Shown in pieces: positions 17,409 through 27,398 of a stretch of DNA of 44,345 nt. Position numbers and translations under genes: made by a program. The notes under the pieces were generated by a model that saw only the letters and a program-made list of their open reading frames with translations, was not told where the DNA came from and searched no databases. Source of the stretch: Thermoanaerobaculia bacterium (GTDB lineage Bacteria > Acidobacteriota > Thermoanaerobaculia > Gp7-AA8); assembly GCA_046260175.1 (NCBI GenBank), contig JBHEPS010000003.1:20944-65288 (forward strand), given 5' to 3'. Within the stretch, counting starts at the first letter, position 1. The number at the start of each line of letters is the position of its first letter.

Positions 17409-18839
17409 TCAGGGCGATGCAAGCCTCTCGATGATCTCGTCAACGACCGCGGTCGCGCGCGCCGAACCGGCGGCGTGATGGTTGACGATCACCGAGACGT
17501 ATCGCCTCCTCCCGTCCGGGAGCCTCACGATTCCGCTGAGTGCGTTGACTCCCGTCAGAGTTCCCGTCTTTCCGTGAAAGACATCTTCCAGGCTTCCGAG
17601 CCGCCGCCTGAGCGTCCCGGATTCCCCGGGAATCGTGAAGATCAGCTCGTTCGCAGCGCGTCGCGACGGAGCGTCGAGCCATCGGAGCAGTTCGACGATC
17701 GCGCGGGAGCTGACGAGATTGCGGACCGAAAGCCCGGACCCGTCCTCGAAACTGAACGCGTCCGGATGAATCCCGACCTCGCCGGTAAGGAAGAGACGCT
17801 CGACCTCGAGGGCTTCCCTGAAACTCGCCGGCTCGTCGTCGCCGTCGATCCCGAGCCTCTTGAAGAGCGCGTCGGCGTAGAGATTCTGGCTGGCCTTCAT
17901 CATGGTCGCGAGCAATTCCAGGAGGAACGGCGACGACAGTCTCGCGGTCAGGCGGGCGGAGGGCGATGCCATGCCGGGGCGCGGAGACTGCTGGACGTCG
18001 ATTCCGCTGCGCACGAGAGCGTCGTGCAGTCCCTGAGCGGCGTAGAGCGAGGCGTCCCGGATCGACACGAGCTCCACCTCCTGCTGGCTGCTCGCGCCCC
18101 GAACGGTCCCGCGGAGCTCGATCGTGTTGTCCGGTGAGCTCGAAAAAATGAGCGAACGGGCCGGCCCGCAGCGCACGAGATGACGGCTGTCGACGAATCC
18201 GGGATCCGTGGCGAGCACCGCCGAGTCGCAATTCGGAAACCGGAAGAAGAGGCCCACCACATTCTCGTTGAAAGCCAGCGCATCGATTGGAGCCTGATAC
18301 GACGTGCCGAAATCCTCGTATTGCCACGACCCGTGAATCGTCTCCCGATCGAACTCCGAGCCGTCGCCGATCACGGCGCCGGTGACGCTCTCGATGCCGA
18401 GATCCCTCAGGGCATCGACGAAAGGCGCGAACATCTCATCGTGGCGTCCGAACACGTAACGCCCGCCGAATGAGGGATCGCCGTAACCCTTGATCACGAC
18501 GTTTCCGAGGAGAGCCCGGCCGATGATCTGTCCCTCGATCCATAGCTCTGTGGGGATTTGCGAGTCGAGCGCGAAGCACGCCTGGTTGATCGCGGCCGTG
18601 AAAAGTTTCCGGTTCGATGCAGGGATCACCAGGGTGTCCCCGTTCGTCTCGTAGACGACCGTGCCGTCCTCGTCTTCCGCATAAATCCCCCAGACTGCGC
18701 GGTGAAAAGGAGGCGTCGAAATCCGGTCGTCGATGAAGGCTCGCAAGGTCTCCCCCGCGGGAGCGGCGGGCGGAGCGCTTGCGCACGCGGAGACGAGCAG
18801 GGCGAGAGAGGTGCACAGCAGGCGTTGAGCGAGGGACAT
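17409..18839 (-). CDS. dacB: D-Ala-D-Ala carboxypeptidase/endopeptidase (PBP4, S13), predicted lipoprotein
   Basis: SxxK 'PASNRK', SxN 'SQN', 'DGSGLS', 'KTGTL'; lipobox 'LVSAC'. Confidence 0.92.
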   Translation of the reverse strand: MSLAQRLLCTSLALLVSACASAPPAAPAGETLRAFIDDRISTPPFHRAVWGIYAEDEDGTVVYETNGDTLVIPASNRKLFTAAINQACFALDSQIPTELWIEGQIIGRALLGNVVIKGYGDPSFGGRYVFGRHDEMFAPFVDALRDLGIESVTGAVIGDGSEFDRETIHGSWQYEDFGTSYQAPIDALAFNENVVGLFFRFPNCDSAVLATDPGFVDSRHLVRCGPARSLIFSSSPDNTIELRGTVRGASSQQEVELVSIRDASLYAAQGLHDALVRSGIDVQQSPRPGMASPSARLTARLSSPFLLELLATMMKASQNLYADALFKRLGIDGDDEPASFREALEVERLFLTGEVGIHPDAFSFEDGSGLSVRNLVSSRAIVELLRWLDAPSRRAANELIFTIPGESGTLRRRLGSLEDVFHGKTGTLTGVNALSGIVRLPDGRRRYVSVIVNHHAAGSARATAVVDEIIERLASP

Positions 18840-19768
18840 CAGCCGAAACTCCAGTCTTCCCACGATGAATGCTCGAGATTGTATCGACATGAATCGAGAA
18901 TCGCTTCCGGATCGATCTCCGGGAACCGTGCCGCCAGCCGGCCAGCCGCCGGATGAGCGAGCAGATAGGCCGCGAAGTCGCGCGCCAGAGGGTAGACGGA
19001 ATCCTTCATTTCGACCTGAAGAGCCACCGCGGGCTCTCCGCTGAGGAGTCTGCTCGACTCGAGATCAGCATCGAGAAAGAGCAGCTCGTGCAGTACCTCG
19101 ATGGACCCCCGCTCAGCCTCCAGCTTCGCGGCAACCGCCATCGCTCTCTCGGCGGGATCTCGATCGTCGATCGGGGGAGTGCTCGCGCCGCGCGGAGAGC
19201 CGCACCATTCGACCAGAGCGGCGCGAAGAACCGGCCAGGAGGGATGGTGGTTTTGGGCTCCCGACAGCTTCCAGCAGGCGACCGCCGTGATGAGCGGCCC
19301 TCCCGCCTCTCCGGGAGCCTCGCGCGCGGTTCGAAAGTAATCCGCCGCCAGGGAGGATTCCCCCAGCTTCGCGGCGAGCCATCGCTCCGCGGCAGCGAGA
19401 TCGCTGACGGCTACCGCGTTGCGAATCGCCTCCCGGGTCGCATCGCGCCCGGGCTCCGCGGGGGGCGGCTCGAACATCGGAGCTTCGCTCCAGGGCAACC
19501 TTCCCGACGCCGCGTAGACGGCACACTCGATCAGCAGGCCGCCCCACCGCTCGCCGAGCACTTCTCGAAGCTCTCCCGCCGCAACGGCGGCGAGAAAGGC
19601 GTGTTTCCCGTGCTGCGACGGGTTGAACGCAAGCGCGGTGAAACGGGAAACGGCATCGAACAGATCGCGATCTTCGCCCTTGGCGAGCCAGGCTGCGGAA
19701 AGCTCGCGGACCTCGTCGAGATCGCGCTGCAGCATGGCCGCATAGAGATCCCGAACGGCCGGCTTCAT
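18839..19768 (-). CDS. Hypothetical all-helical protein
   Basis: SD 'ggagg' before the ATG; stop overlaps the dacB start; protein-like composition. Confidence 0.65.
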   Translation of the reverse strand: MKPAVRDLYAAMLQRDLDEVRELSAAWLAKGEDRDLFDAVSRFTALAFNPSQHGKHAFLAAVAAGELREVLGERWGGLLIECAVYAASGRLPWSEAPMFEPPPAEPGRDATREAIRNAVAVSDLAAAERWLAAKLGESSLAADYFRTAREAPGEAGGPLITAVACWKLSGAQNHHPSWPVLRAALVEWCGSPRGASTPPIDDRDPAERAMAVAAKLEAERGSIEVLHELLFLDADLESSRLLSGEPAVALQVEMKDSVYPLARDFAAYLLAHPAAGRLAARFPEIDPEAILDSCRYNLEHSSWEDWSFG

Positions 19769-19781
19769 CCACCCTCCTTCG

Positions 19782-20048
19782 TCAGCGCTCGGGAGGCGAC
19801 GTCTGCGAAGAGGCTGTCGAGGAGGAGCCCGGCGGGACGCCGGACTGATTCACATACGCCCCCTCGTTCGGGGAGCGGTCTTCCGGGATCTCGGCGGTCT
19901 GCGTGAGCACGGCCGCATCTTCACCGGCCTCCGTGGCCGGAGCAGTCGCGGGTCGGATGATCTCGGTCTGAACTTCTCCATCAGCTTCTCGCTCGCATGC
20001 CACGAGAAGAGAAATGCTCAGCAATACAATCATGATCAAAGGTTTCAC
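19782..20048 (-). CDS. Small lipoprotein of unknown function
   Basis: GTG 20048 with SD 'gaggt'; lipobox 'LLVAC'; low-complexity tail. Confidence 0.6.
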   Translation of the reverse strand: MKPLIMIVLLSISLLVACEREADGEVQTEIIRPATAPATEAGEDAAVLTQTAEIPEDRSPNEGAYVNQSGVPPGSSSTASSQTSPPER

Positions 20049-20173
20049 AATGACCTCGCCAGGAGGGGAACGTTCACGCCGTCCATCCCTCTCATGAGTC
20101 GATCCGTCTCTTTTGCAAGAACTTTGACAGCAAGCCCGCCGCCTCGCCAAAAACGAATAAAATGCCCGGCGTC

Positions 20174-21787
20174 ATGAAGTCAGAGAAAAGAATCGGCATC
20201 TTCGGATGGGGCCTCGTGGCTCCCCGCTCCCCCAACATCGAGGCCTTCGAAAAAAACCTCGCCGGGTCGGATTCGTGGTTGACCCCGTTCCGCGAATTCG
20301 GCCCCTCCAACTTTCTCGTCGGGTACCCGCAGTTCGCCTTCGAAGATTATCACGAGTGGTTCGACAGCCGGTTTCCCCCGTCGCGCTTTTCTCAGCTCGA
20401 CGAAAAAATGGGTCCGATGACCAAATACGCGATGGGGGCATTCATCCAGTCGCTGCGCCAGAACCCCGGCATCGAGGACTACCTCCAATCCCTCGGTCTG
20501 CGCTGTCACGTCTACGTCGGCACCGGTCTGGGTGAGCTGACCGTCCTGCATGAAGAGGCCACATCCTACGACCGGGCCCGCCGCCGGTGGAACGAATTCT
20601 GGGCAGCCGAGGAGCGGTGCGAACCGCTCAGACACCATCGAGATGGGCATATCGACCCGGACGCTCCCCCAGATCCGGCGACCTCTCGGATCGGATCCGA
20701 GGAGTGGATCGACGCGAAGGGCGCATGGGAAGCGTACTGGATGGAGCGCAGTGGTGCCCTGCAGGAGTATCTGGCCGAAGCCAGGCAGATTCAGGCCGAG
20801 CCAGTTCCCCCCTCTTCAGGAGAGGCAAAACTCGGGAACATTCGCGAGAAGCTGAAGGGAATCCGCAATCTGAACCGCAGGTGGGGATGCCCTCCCGAAC
20901 CATGGTCGGCCGTCTCCGCCAAGTTGCTCTGGAACATTTCCAACATCCCCGCCTCGCAGATCTCGATGATCGGCCGGATCACCGGACCGGCGTTCGCGCC
21001 CATCGCCGCCTGTGCGTCGTTCGGAGTCGCCCTCCGCATGGCCATGGATTCGATCCGACTGGGAGAGGCGGACGCGTGCGTCATCGGAATGACCGATCCA
21101 CCCCCTTCCCCTCTCTCGATCTCGGCTTTCTACAACGCGAACGTGCTCGCTTCGGATGCGGATGTCTCGCGCCCGATGACGGGAATGAAAGGGACCCACG
21201 TCTCGGGCGGTAGCTGTATCTGGATCGTCGGCGACGCGGAGAAGCTGGCCGCCCAGGGCTTCGAGCCTCTCGGCCTGGAAATCCTCGCGGTCGGCACTTC
21301 CTCCGACGCGCACCACATCATCACTCCGTCAAAGCTCGGCCCGCAGGCCGCGATCCAGCATGCTCTGCGCGACCTCGATCCTTCGAGCGTCGGTTCCTGG
21401 GACATGCACGCGACGGCCACGCCGGGCGACGCGACCGAGATCGAGCACTCGATCGAGGTGCTTCACAAGGACGTCGTCTTTTCCGCGCGGAAGGGAACCT
21501 TCGGGCATGGCATGTCCGTGGGAGGCGGGTGGGAGCTTACGGCGCAGCATCTCGGGACCGTCGCAGGCCGCCTCTTCCCGGCGCCGCTGGTCGAGGAGGA
21601 GATCCACGCCGACGTCCGCACGCACAACGCCAGGTTCGTCCAGATCGATGGCTGCCCAGCGCCAGCCGGACTCGCAGGCAAGCTGAGCATGGGGATCGGC
21701 GGAATCAACTCCTGCGTCGTGAGCCGCTCTTGGGGCGAGGCGCCCCTGGAAGCAAGTCAGAAGCCAGAAGGCAGAAGGCAGAAGTAA
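20174..21787 (+). CDS. Beta-ketoacyl synthase (FabF/KAS I-II-like) with a large internal insertion
   Basis: Catalytic Cys 'AACASF', His 'MHATAT', His 'GTFGHG', 'SDAHHI..P', 'SMGIGGIN'. Confidence 0.85.
   Translation: MKSEKRIGIFGWGLVAPRSPNIEAFEKNLAGSDSWLTPFREFGPSNFLVGYPQFAFEDYHEWFDSRFPPSRFSQLDEKMGPMTKYAMGAFIQSLRQNPGIEDYLQSLGLRCHVYVGTGLGELTVLHEEATSYDRARRRWNEFWAAEERCEPLRHHRDGHIDPDAPPDPATSRIGSEEWIDAKGAWEAYWMERSGALQEYLAEARQIQAEPVPPSSGEAKLGNIREKLKGIRNLNRRWGCPPEPWSAVSAKLLWNISNIPASQISMIGRITGPAFAPIAACASFGVALRMAMDSIRLGEADACVIGMTDPPPSPLSISAFYNANVLASDADVSRPMTGMKGTHVSGGSCIWIVGDAEKLAAQGFEPLGLEILAVGTSSDAHHIITPSKLGPQAAIQHALRDLDPSSVGSWDMHATATPGDATEIEHSIEVLHKDVVFSARKGTFGHGMSVGGGWELTAQHLGTVAGRLFPAPLVEEEIHADVRTHNARFVQIDGCPAPAGLAGKLSMGIGGINSCVVSRSWGEAPLEASQKPEGRRQK
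21757..21784 (+). repeat. Heptamer tandem repeat (NCAGAAG)x4
   Basis: tcagaag ccagaag gcagaag gcagaag, directly before the TAA of the ketosynthase. Confidence 0.7.
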
Positions 21788-21824
21788 CGGCAAAAGCAAA
21801 ACCCCCGTCCAAGAGGTCGGTTCA

Positions 21825-22421
21825 TTAGAAGGTCTCTTTCCACGCGGGGTGTGCGCCGATCAGCGCGAGCGAGCTCTCGAAGCGCTCCCGGTGGAGGGAG
21901 TGGTTCAGCCACGTCGACCGGCCGGAGGGGTGGGGAAGAACGATCACGTCGAAGAAGAGGCCCGCTCTCGAAGCCCGGAACGTCCTGCCGACCAGTTCGA
22001 CGAGAGGCATCTTGCCGACGAGAAGTTCCGCTGCGAGCGTGCCGACGCCGATAACGAGCTTCGGGCGGAGAAGCCGGATCTCGCGGTCGAGATGGATGCC
22101 GCAACGATCCAGCTCCTCGGGCGACGGGACGCGGTCTCCTCCCTTCGGAGCTCTCCCCGGAAAACAACGGATGGCGGCCGCGATATACACCGACTGCCTG
22201 AAGGCGCTCTCGCTCACACCAAGCCTGGCGAACCATGAGAACAGGCGCTTCCCAGCCGTCCACGCGAAAGGCCTCTGCTCATCACCTTCGCGCGGGCCGG
22301 GAGCCTGACCGAGCAGGAGCACGCGGGCTCCCCGAACGGCCCCGGTAACCGGCCCCCCCGCGACCTGAGGGCAGGCACGACACGCAAACAGCTCTTCGAT
22401 GTGGCGATCCCAGTCCTTCAT
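21825..22421 (-). CDS. Uracil-DNA glycosylase superfamily protein
   Basis: 'CRAC', 'GQAPG', 'RCFPG', 'LPHPSG'. Confidence 0.88.
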   Translation of the reverse strand: MKDWDRHIEELFACRACPQVAGGPVTGAVRGARVLLLGQAPGPREGDEQRPFAWTAGKRLFSWFARLGVSESAFRQSVYIAAAIRCFPGRAPKGGDRVPSPEELDRCGIHLDREIRLLRPKLVIGVGTLAAELLVGKMPLVELVGRTFRASRAGLFFDVIVLPHPSGRSTWLNHSLHRERFESSLALIGAHPAWKETF

Positions 22422-22505
22422 CGTCGGTTCTCGAATCGAGGCGAGCCGGTCAATGGCGACGCTTTTGCTCGACCGCGCGGAAGCGATCCTTTAAGATCAG
22501 CGCAA

Positions 22506-23246
22506 ATGCGCAGAACGGCCCGCGCGCTGCTCCTCTTCCTCATCCCCGCGATCGCGTCCGCCTGGTCCCCCCAGGCCGAGGTGCGTATCGCGACGAAGGC
22601 GGCTGCCCTCGCGCCGCCGGATCTCAAACTCCTGCTCGATAAATACTCAGTCGAGTACATGGCCGGGGTACGGGACGCGGCCGAGTCCGCCGCCGAACGC
22701 GACCACCGCGATGTGACGGCAAACCGCCGGGGACCGATCCGCACGGAACTCGACCGCGCGCTCGCCGACGCCGTGAACATCGTCCGCGAGCGGCGTCCGA
22801 TGCGCGACCTCGCCTATCGGCTGGGAACGATCGCTCACTTCGTTTCCGACGCCAACAATCCTCTGCGCGTCGGTGAGCACAACCTGATGGCGGTCGAGAG
22901 CGATTACGAGCGTTACTTCGATCGGAGCCTCCGGAAATTTCCAACCGTCTTCTACGGCCTGCACGACAGGCTCGATCCGACACCCGTCGTGAATCAGGCA
23001 TTCGCGCGCAGCCGCCGCTTCAACGATCTGCTCCGCGAGGAATATCACCGGGACGGTCGCCGCCGCAGCTCATCCGAGTTCGACGATCGCTCCACCGCGT
23101 TCGGCATCGCCTCGATTTCCTACTCGAGGGCCGTGAGCGACACGGTCAACCTGTACTACTACGTCTGGAAAGAAGCCGGCGGCGACGTCCGGTCCGCCCG
23201 AATCCTGAAGAAAGGCAACCTCCTCCTCAACGAGAATGTCCGATAA
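22506..23246 (+). CDS. Exported zinc-PLC / S1-P1 nuclease-fold protein, degenerate
   Basis: Signal peptide ending 'ASA|W'; 'HFVSDANNPL' resembles HxxxDxxxPLH; other ligands appear missing. Confidence 0.55.
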   Translation: MRRTARALLLFLIPAIASAWSPQAEVRIATKAAALAPPDLKLLLDKYSVEYMAGVRDAAESAAERDHRDVTANRRGPIRTELDRALADAVNIVRERRPMRDLAYRLGTIAHFVSDANNPLRVGEHNLMAVESDYERYFDRSLRKFPTVFYGLHDRLDPTPVVNQAFARSRRFNDLLREEYHRDGRRRSSSEFDDRSTAFGIASISYSRAVSDTVNLYYYVWKEAGGDVRSARILKKGNLLLNENVR

Positions 23247-24756
23247 AAGAGCGATCCTCTCCGTCTACGACAAGAGAGGGATCGTCGAGCTGGGCCGCTT
23301 CCTCGCGGACCGTGGCTACGAGATCCTCTCCACAGGTGGCACAGCGCGCGAGCTCGGCGCCGCCGGCGTGCCCGTCACTTCCATCACGACCTACACCGGC
23401 GCCGACGAGATCCTCGGCGGAAGAGTCAAGACGCTCCATCCGAAGATTTTCGGGGGAATCCTCTACGACCGCGATCAGTGGGAGCACCAGCGCGACGTCG
23501 ACCTGCTGTCGATCGGAGCGATCGAGCTCGTCGTCGTCAATCTCTACCCTTTCGAGGAGACGGTCGCGCGGGAGGGAGTGACCCTCGCGCAGGCGATCGA
23601 ACAGATCGACGTCGGCGGCCCCTCGATGCTTCGCGCCGCCGCCAAGAATCATCGCCACGTCCTCCCCCTCTGCTCGCCCGATCTCTACGAGCCGTTCATG
23701 AGAGAGATGGAGAGCAGCGACGGCAAGCTGAGCGACGCGTTCCGCCTGCGCTGTGCGGTGGAGGTCTTCGAGAGGACGAGCGCGTACGACCGGTCGATCG
23801 CCGAGTGGCTTCGCTCCCATGGCGGAGGCGCATCCGCCGGAGAGTCGCTCACGCTGAGCCTCGCGAAATCCCAGGACCTCCGCTACGGTGAGAATCCGCA
23901 GCAGACGGCAGGCTTCTACGTCGAGGCCGGACGTCCAGAGCCCTTCCGTCAGCTTCATGGGAAGGAGCTCTCCTACAACAATCTCATCGATCTCGACGCC
24001 GCGTGGGCCGTGGCAAGTAGTTTCGAGGAACCAGCGAGCACGGTCATCAAACACACCAATCCGTGCGGCACGGCCATCGGTGCGGACGCGGCGGAGGCGA
24101 TCCGCAACGCGATCTCGGCCGACCCGGTTTCGGCTTTCGGCGGGATCATCGGAATCAACAGGGAGCTGGATCTCCCCGCGGCGGAGGCGATCGGCTCCCT
24201 CTTCCTCGAGGTGATCGTCGCCCCCTCCTTCAGTGTGGAGGCCCTCGAGAAACTGCGCGCGAAGAAGAACCTCCGCCTGGTCGAAGCGGGAGACATGAAC
24301 AGCCGCCTCGTGCTCCGCACGGCCGCCGGAGGCATCCTCGCGCAGAGCCCCGACCTGATCTCCTCACGCGAGGAGTGGAGGGTCGTGACGAAGCGCCAAC
24401 CCTCGGAGGAAGAGTTGCGCGCCCTCGCCTTCAACTGGATCGTGTGTGCGCACGTGAAGTCGAATGCGATCGTCATCGGGAACGCGCACCGGACGGTTGG
24501 AATCGGAGCGGGACAGATGAGTCGCGTTGATTCTGCGAAGATCGCCGTCATGAAGGCGACTGCCGAGACGACCGGGTGCGTCGGCGCCTCGGACGCATTC
24601 TTTCCCTTCCGGGACGGGCTCGACATCCTGGCCGACGCCGGTTTGACCGCGATCATTCAACCGGGCGGCTCGGTACGCGACGAGGAAGTCATCGCCGCGG
24701 CTGACGAGCGCGGCCTCGCCATGCTGTTCACGGGCGAGCGCCATTTCAGGCACTGA
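23236..24756 (+). CDS. purH: Bifunctional AICAR transformylase/IMP cyclohydrolase
   Basis: 'STGGT', 'GRVKTLHP', 'IDVGGP', 'LRYGENP', 'KHTNPCG', 'ASDAFFPF', C-terminal 'RHFRH'. Confidence 0.98.
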   Translation: MSDKRAILSVYDKRGIVELGRFLADRGYEILSTGGTARELGAAGVPVTSITTYTGADEILGGRVKTLHPKIFGGILYDRDQWEHQRDVDLLSIGAIELVVVNLYPFEETVAREGVTLAQAIEQIDVGGPSMLRAAAKNHRHVLPLCSPDLYEPFMREMESSDGKLSDAFRLRCAVEVFERTSAYDRSIAEWLRSHGGGASAGESLTLSLAKSQDLRYGENPQQTAGFYVEAGRPEPFRQLHGKELSYNNLIDLDAAWAVASSFEEPASTVIKHTNPCGTAIGADAAEAIRNAISADPVSAFGGIIGINRELDLPAAEAIGSLFLEVIVAPSFSVEALEKLRAKKNLRLVEAGDMNSRLVLRTAAGGILAQSPDLISSREEWRVVTKRQPSEEELRALAFNWIVCAHVKSNAIVIGNAHRTVGIGAGQMSRVDSAKIAVMKATAETTGCVGASDAFFPFRDGLDILADAGLTAIIQPGGSVRDEEVIAAADERGLAMLFTGERHFRH

Positions 24757-25304
24757 TGGATACGCCCCGCAGCGACGCCTCGCGGATCAGGATGATCGTT
24801 TCCGACCTTGACGGGGTCTGGACCGACGGCCGGATCATCTACACCGGAGACACGCGCGAGACGAAGGAGTTCAACGTCCGGGACGGACTGGCGGTGAAGA
24901 TCGCTCAGCGTGCGGGCATCGAGGTCGCGGTTCTCACGAGCCGCGATTCGAAAGCAGTCGCCAGGCGCTGCTCCGAGCTCGGCATCGGCCGCCTCGTTCA
25001 GGGCGCCGGTGAAAAAGCGTCGGCACTGAAGAAGATCGCAGGCGATGCCGCCGTGCCGCTCGACGAGATCCTCTACATCGGGGACGACCTCCCGGATCTG
25101 GCTCCGATGGCGCTCGCGGGGCTGAGCGCAGCTCCCTCCGACGCCGCAGCGGAAGTCGCAGGAACCGCCGACTGGCTCCTCGACTCCCGCGGAGGAGGGG
25201 GAGCGATTCGGGAGCTCGTCGAGCGCCTTCTCCGCGAACGGAGGGAGTGGGACCGCGTGGTCGCGGGATTCCGCGCGGCGAAGGTCGATGCTTCAGGCAT
25301 TTAA
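24756..25304 (+). CDS. kdsC: KDO-8-phosphate phosphatase
   Basis: 'DLDGVWTDG', 'FNVRDG', 'GDDLPD', 'GGGGAIRE'. Confidence 0.9.
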   Translation: MDTPRSDASRIRMIVSDLDGVWTDGRIIYTGDTRETKEFNVRDGLAVKIAQRAGIEVAVLTSRDSKAVARRCSELGIGRLVQGAGEKASALKKIAGDAAVPLDEILYIGDDLPDLAPMALAGLSAAPSDAAAEVAGTADWLLDSRGGGGAIRELVERLLRERREWDRVVAGFRAAKVDASGI

Positions 25305-26175
25305 GAACTGGTTGATCTGGCGCGGGCTGCTGGTCGCCTCCGCCGTCGGCAGGCGACTCCCGCTTCCCGCCGCGCGGCGCGCCGGAAAGGCCGTCGGACG
25401 ACTCGCCTACCGCGTCGTCGCGAAAGAACGCCGCCGCGCCCTCCAACATCTCGCGCTCGCGCTTCCCGACCTCTCCCCCGCCGAGCACCAGCGCATCGCG
25501 CGCGAGATGTTCCAGCATCTCGGTCAGTCTCTGTTCGAGATCGCGTGGCTTCCCAACCTCGATGCGATGAATCTCGAAGTGCACACCCGGTTCGAGGGGC
25601 TCGAGGGAATGAGAATGGCCGCCGAGAGCGGCCGGGGTGTGATTCTCTTTACCGGCCACTGCGGAAACTGGGAATGGATGGGTGCGGCGATGGCGCTCGC
25701 CGGCCTGCCGACCAAGACCGTCGCCCGCGACATCTACGATCCGAGACTCAACGAGTTCATCGTCGGATTCCGCCGCCACTTCGGAGTCGAGTCGATCGGC
25801 CGCGGCAGCACGACCTCGGCGCGCGACATCCTTCAGACGCTGCGCAAGGGATACATTCTGGCGATGCTCATCGACCAGAACATCCGCGCCGAAAACGTGA
25901 TCGTTCCTTTCTTCGGGATCCCCGCCCCTACCCCTGTCGGCGCCGCCCGCCTCGCCGTGCGGTCAGGAGCGTGGGCTGTCGCAGGGTTCATCGAGAGGGG
26001 ATCGGACGGCATCCAGACCGTACGGTTCGAAGAGCCGATACCGACCTCTCGCGACACCGACCCGGTCGAGCTGACGGCCGCGATGACCGCGGCAATCGAA
26101 CGCCAGGTCCGCCGCGCCCCGGAACAGTGGGTCTGGATGCATCGGAGATGGAAGAAGACAGGGGCTAGGGGCTAG
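25288..26175 (+). CDS. lpxL: Lipid A late acyltransferase (LpxL/HtrB family)
   Basis: 'HCGNWE', 'LIDQ', 'VPFFG', 'PEQWVWMHRRWK'; follows kdsC. Confidence 0.85.
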   Translation: MLQAFKNWLIWRGLLVASAVGRRLPLPAARRAGKAVGRLAYRVVAKERRRALQHLALALPDLSPAEHQRIAREMFQHLGQSLFEIAWLPNLDAMNLEVHTRFEGLEGMRMAAESGRGVILFTGHCGNWEWMGAAMALAGLPTKTVARDIYDPRLNEFIVGFRRHFGVESIGRGSTTSARDILQTLRKGYILAMLIDQNIRAENVIVPFFGIPAPTPVGAARLAVRSGAWAVAGFIERGSDGIQTVRFEEPIPTSRDTDPVELTAAMTAAIERQVRRAPEQWVWMHRRWKKTGARG

Positions 26176-26324
26176 GGGCTAGGGGCTAGGAAGAGCAACA
26201 CCAACGTCAGAAACAGAAAAATGAGCTGATCCTGCTCTTGCTTTTCCTAGCCCCTAGTCCCTAGCCCCTAGCCCCTGTCTCTCGCTCTTCCTGACCCCTA
26301 GCCCCTAGTCCCTAGCCCCTGTTT
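26156..26324. repeat. Palindromic heptamer-repeat element (GGGGCTA)n / (TAGYCCC)n
   Basis: Arm 26156-26198 is a near-perfect inverse of arm 26238-26280; a third arm lies at about 26284-26324. Confidence 0.9.
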
Positions 26325-26331
26325 CTCATCC

Positions 26332-27252
<921 letters not shown>

Positions 27253-27398
27253 TGCTGGAATCCTTTCGGTGAGAAACGGGCGGTGTCGCGATCCGGTCCG
27301 GCGGGACGTCCCGAATCGGATGCTCGGAACGCCACACGATTTGTACCACAACCGCAGGAATCCGGAAGCAGCTTCGTCACACCCTCAGACGATGGGAA

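Noticed and set aside
20113-20129. TTGACA as a -35 box, or a minus-strand sigma54 motif
   Set aside because: It is 28 nt from the nearest -10 box, and the reverse reading has GT in place of the invariant GG
26156-26324. CRISPR array
   Set aside because: Units are 7-nt tandem and inverted repeats without regular unique spacers; no cas genes
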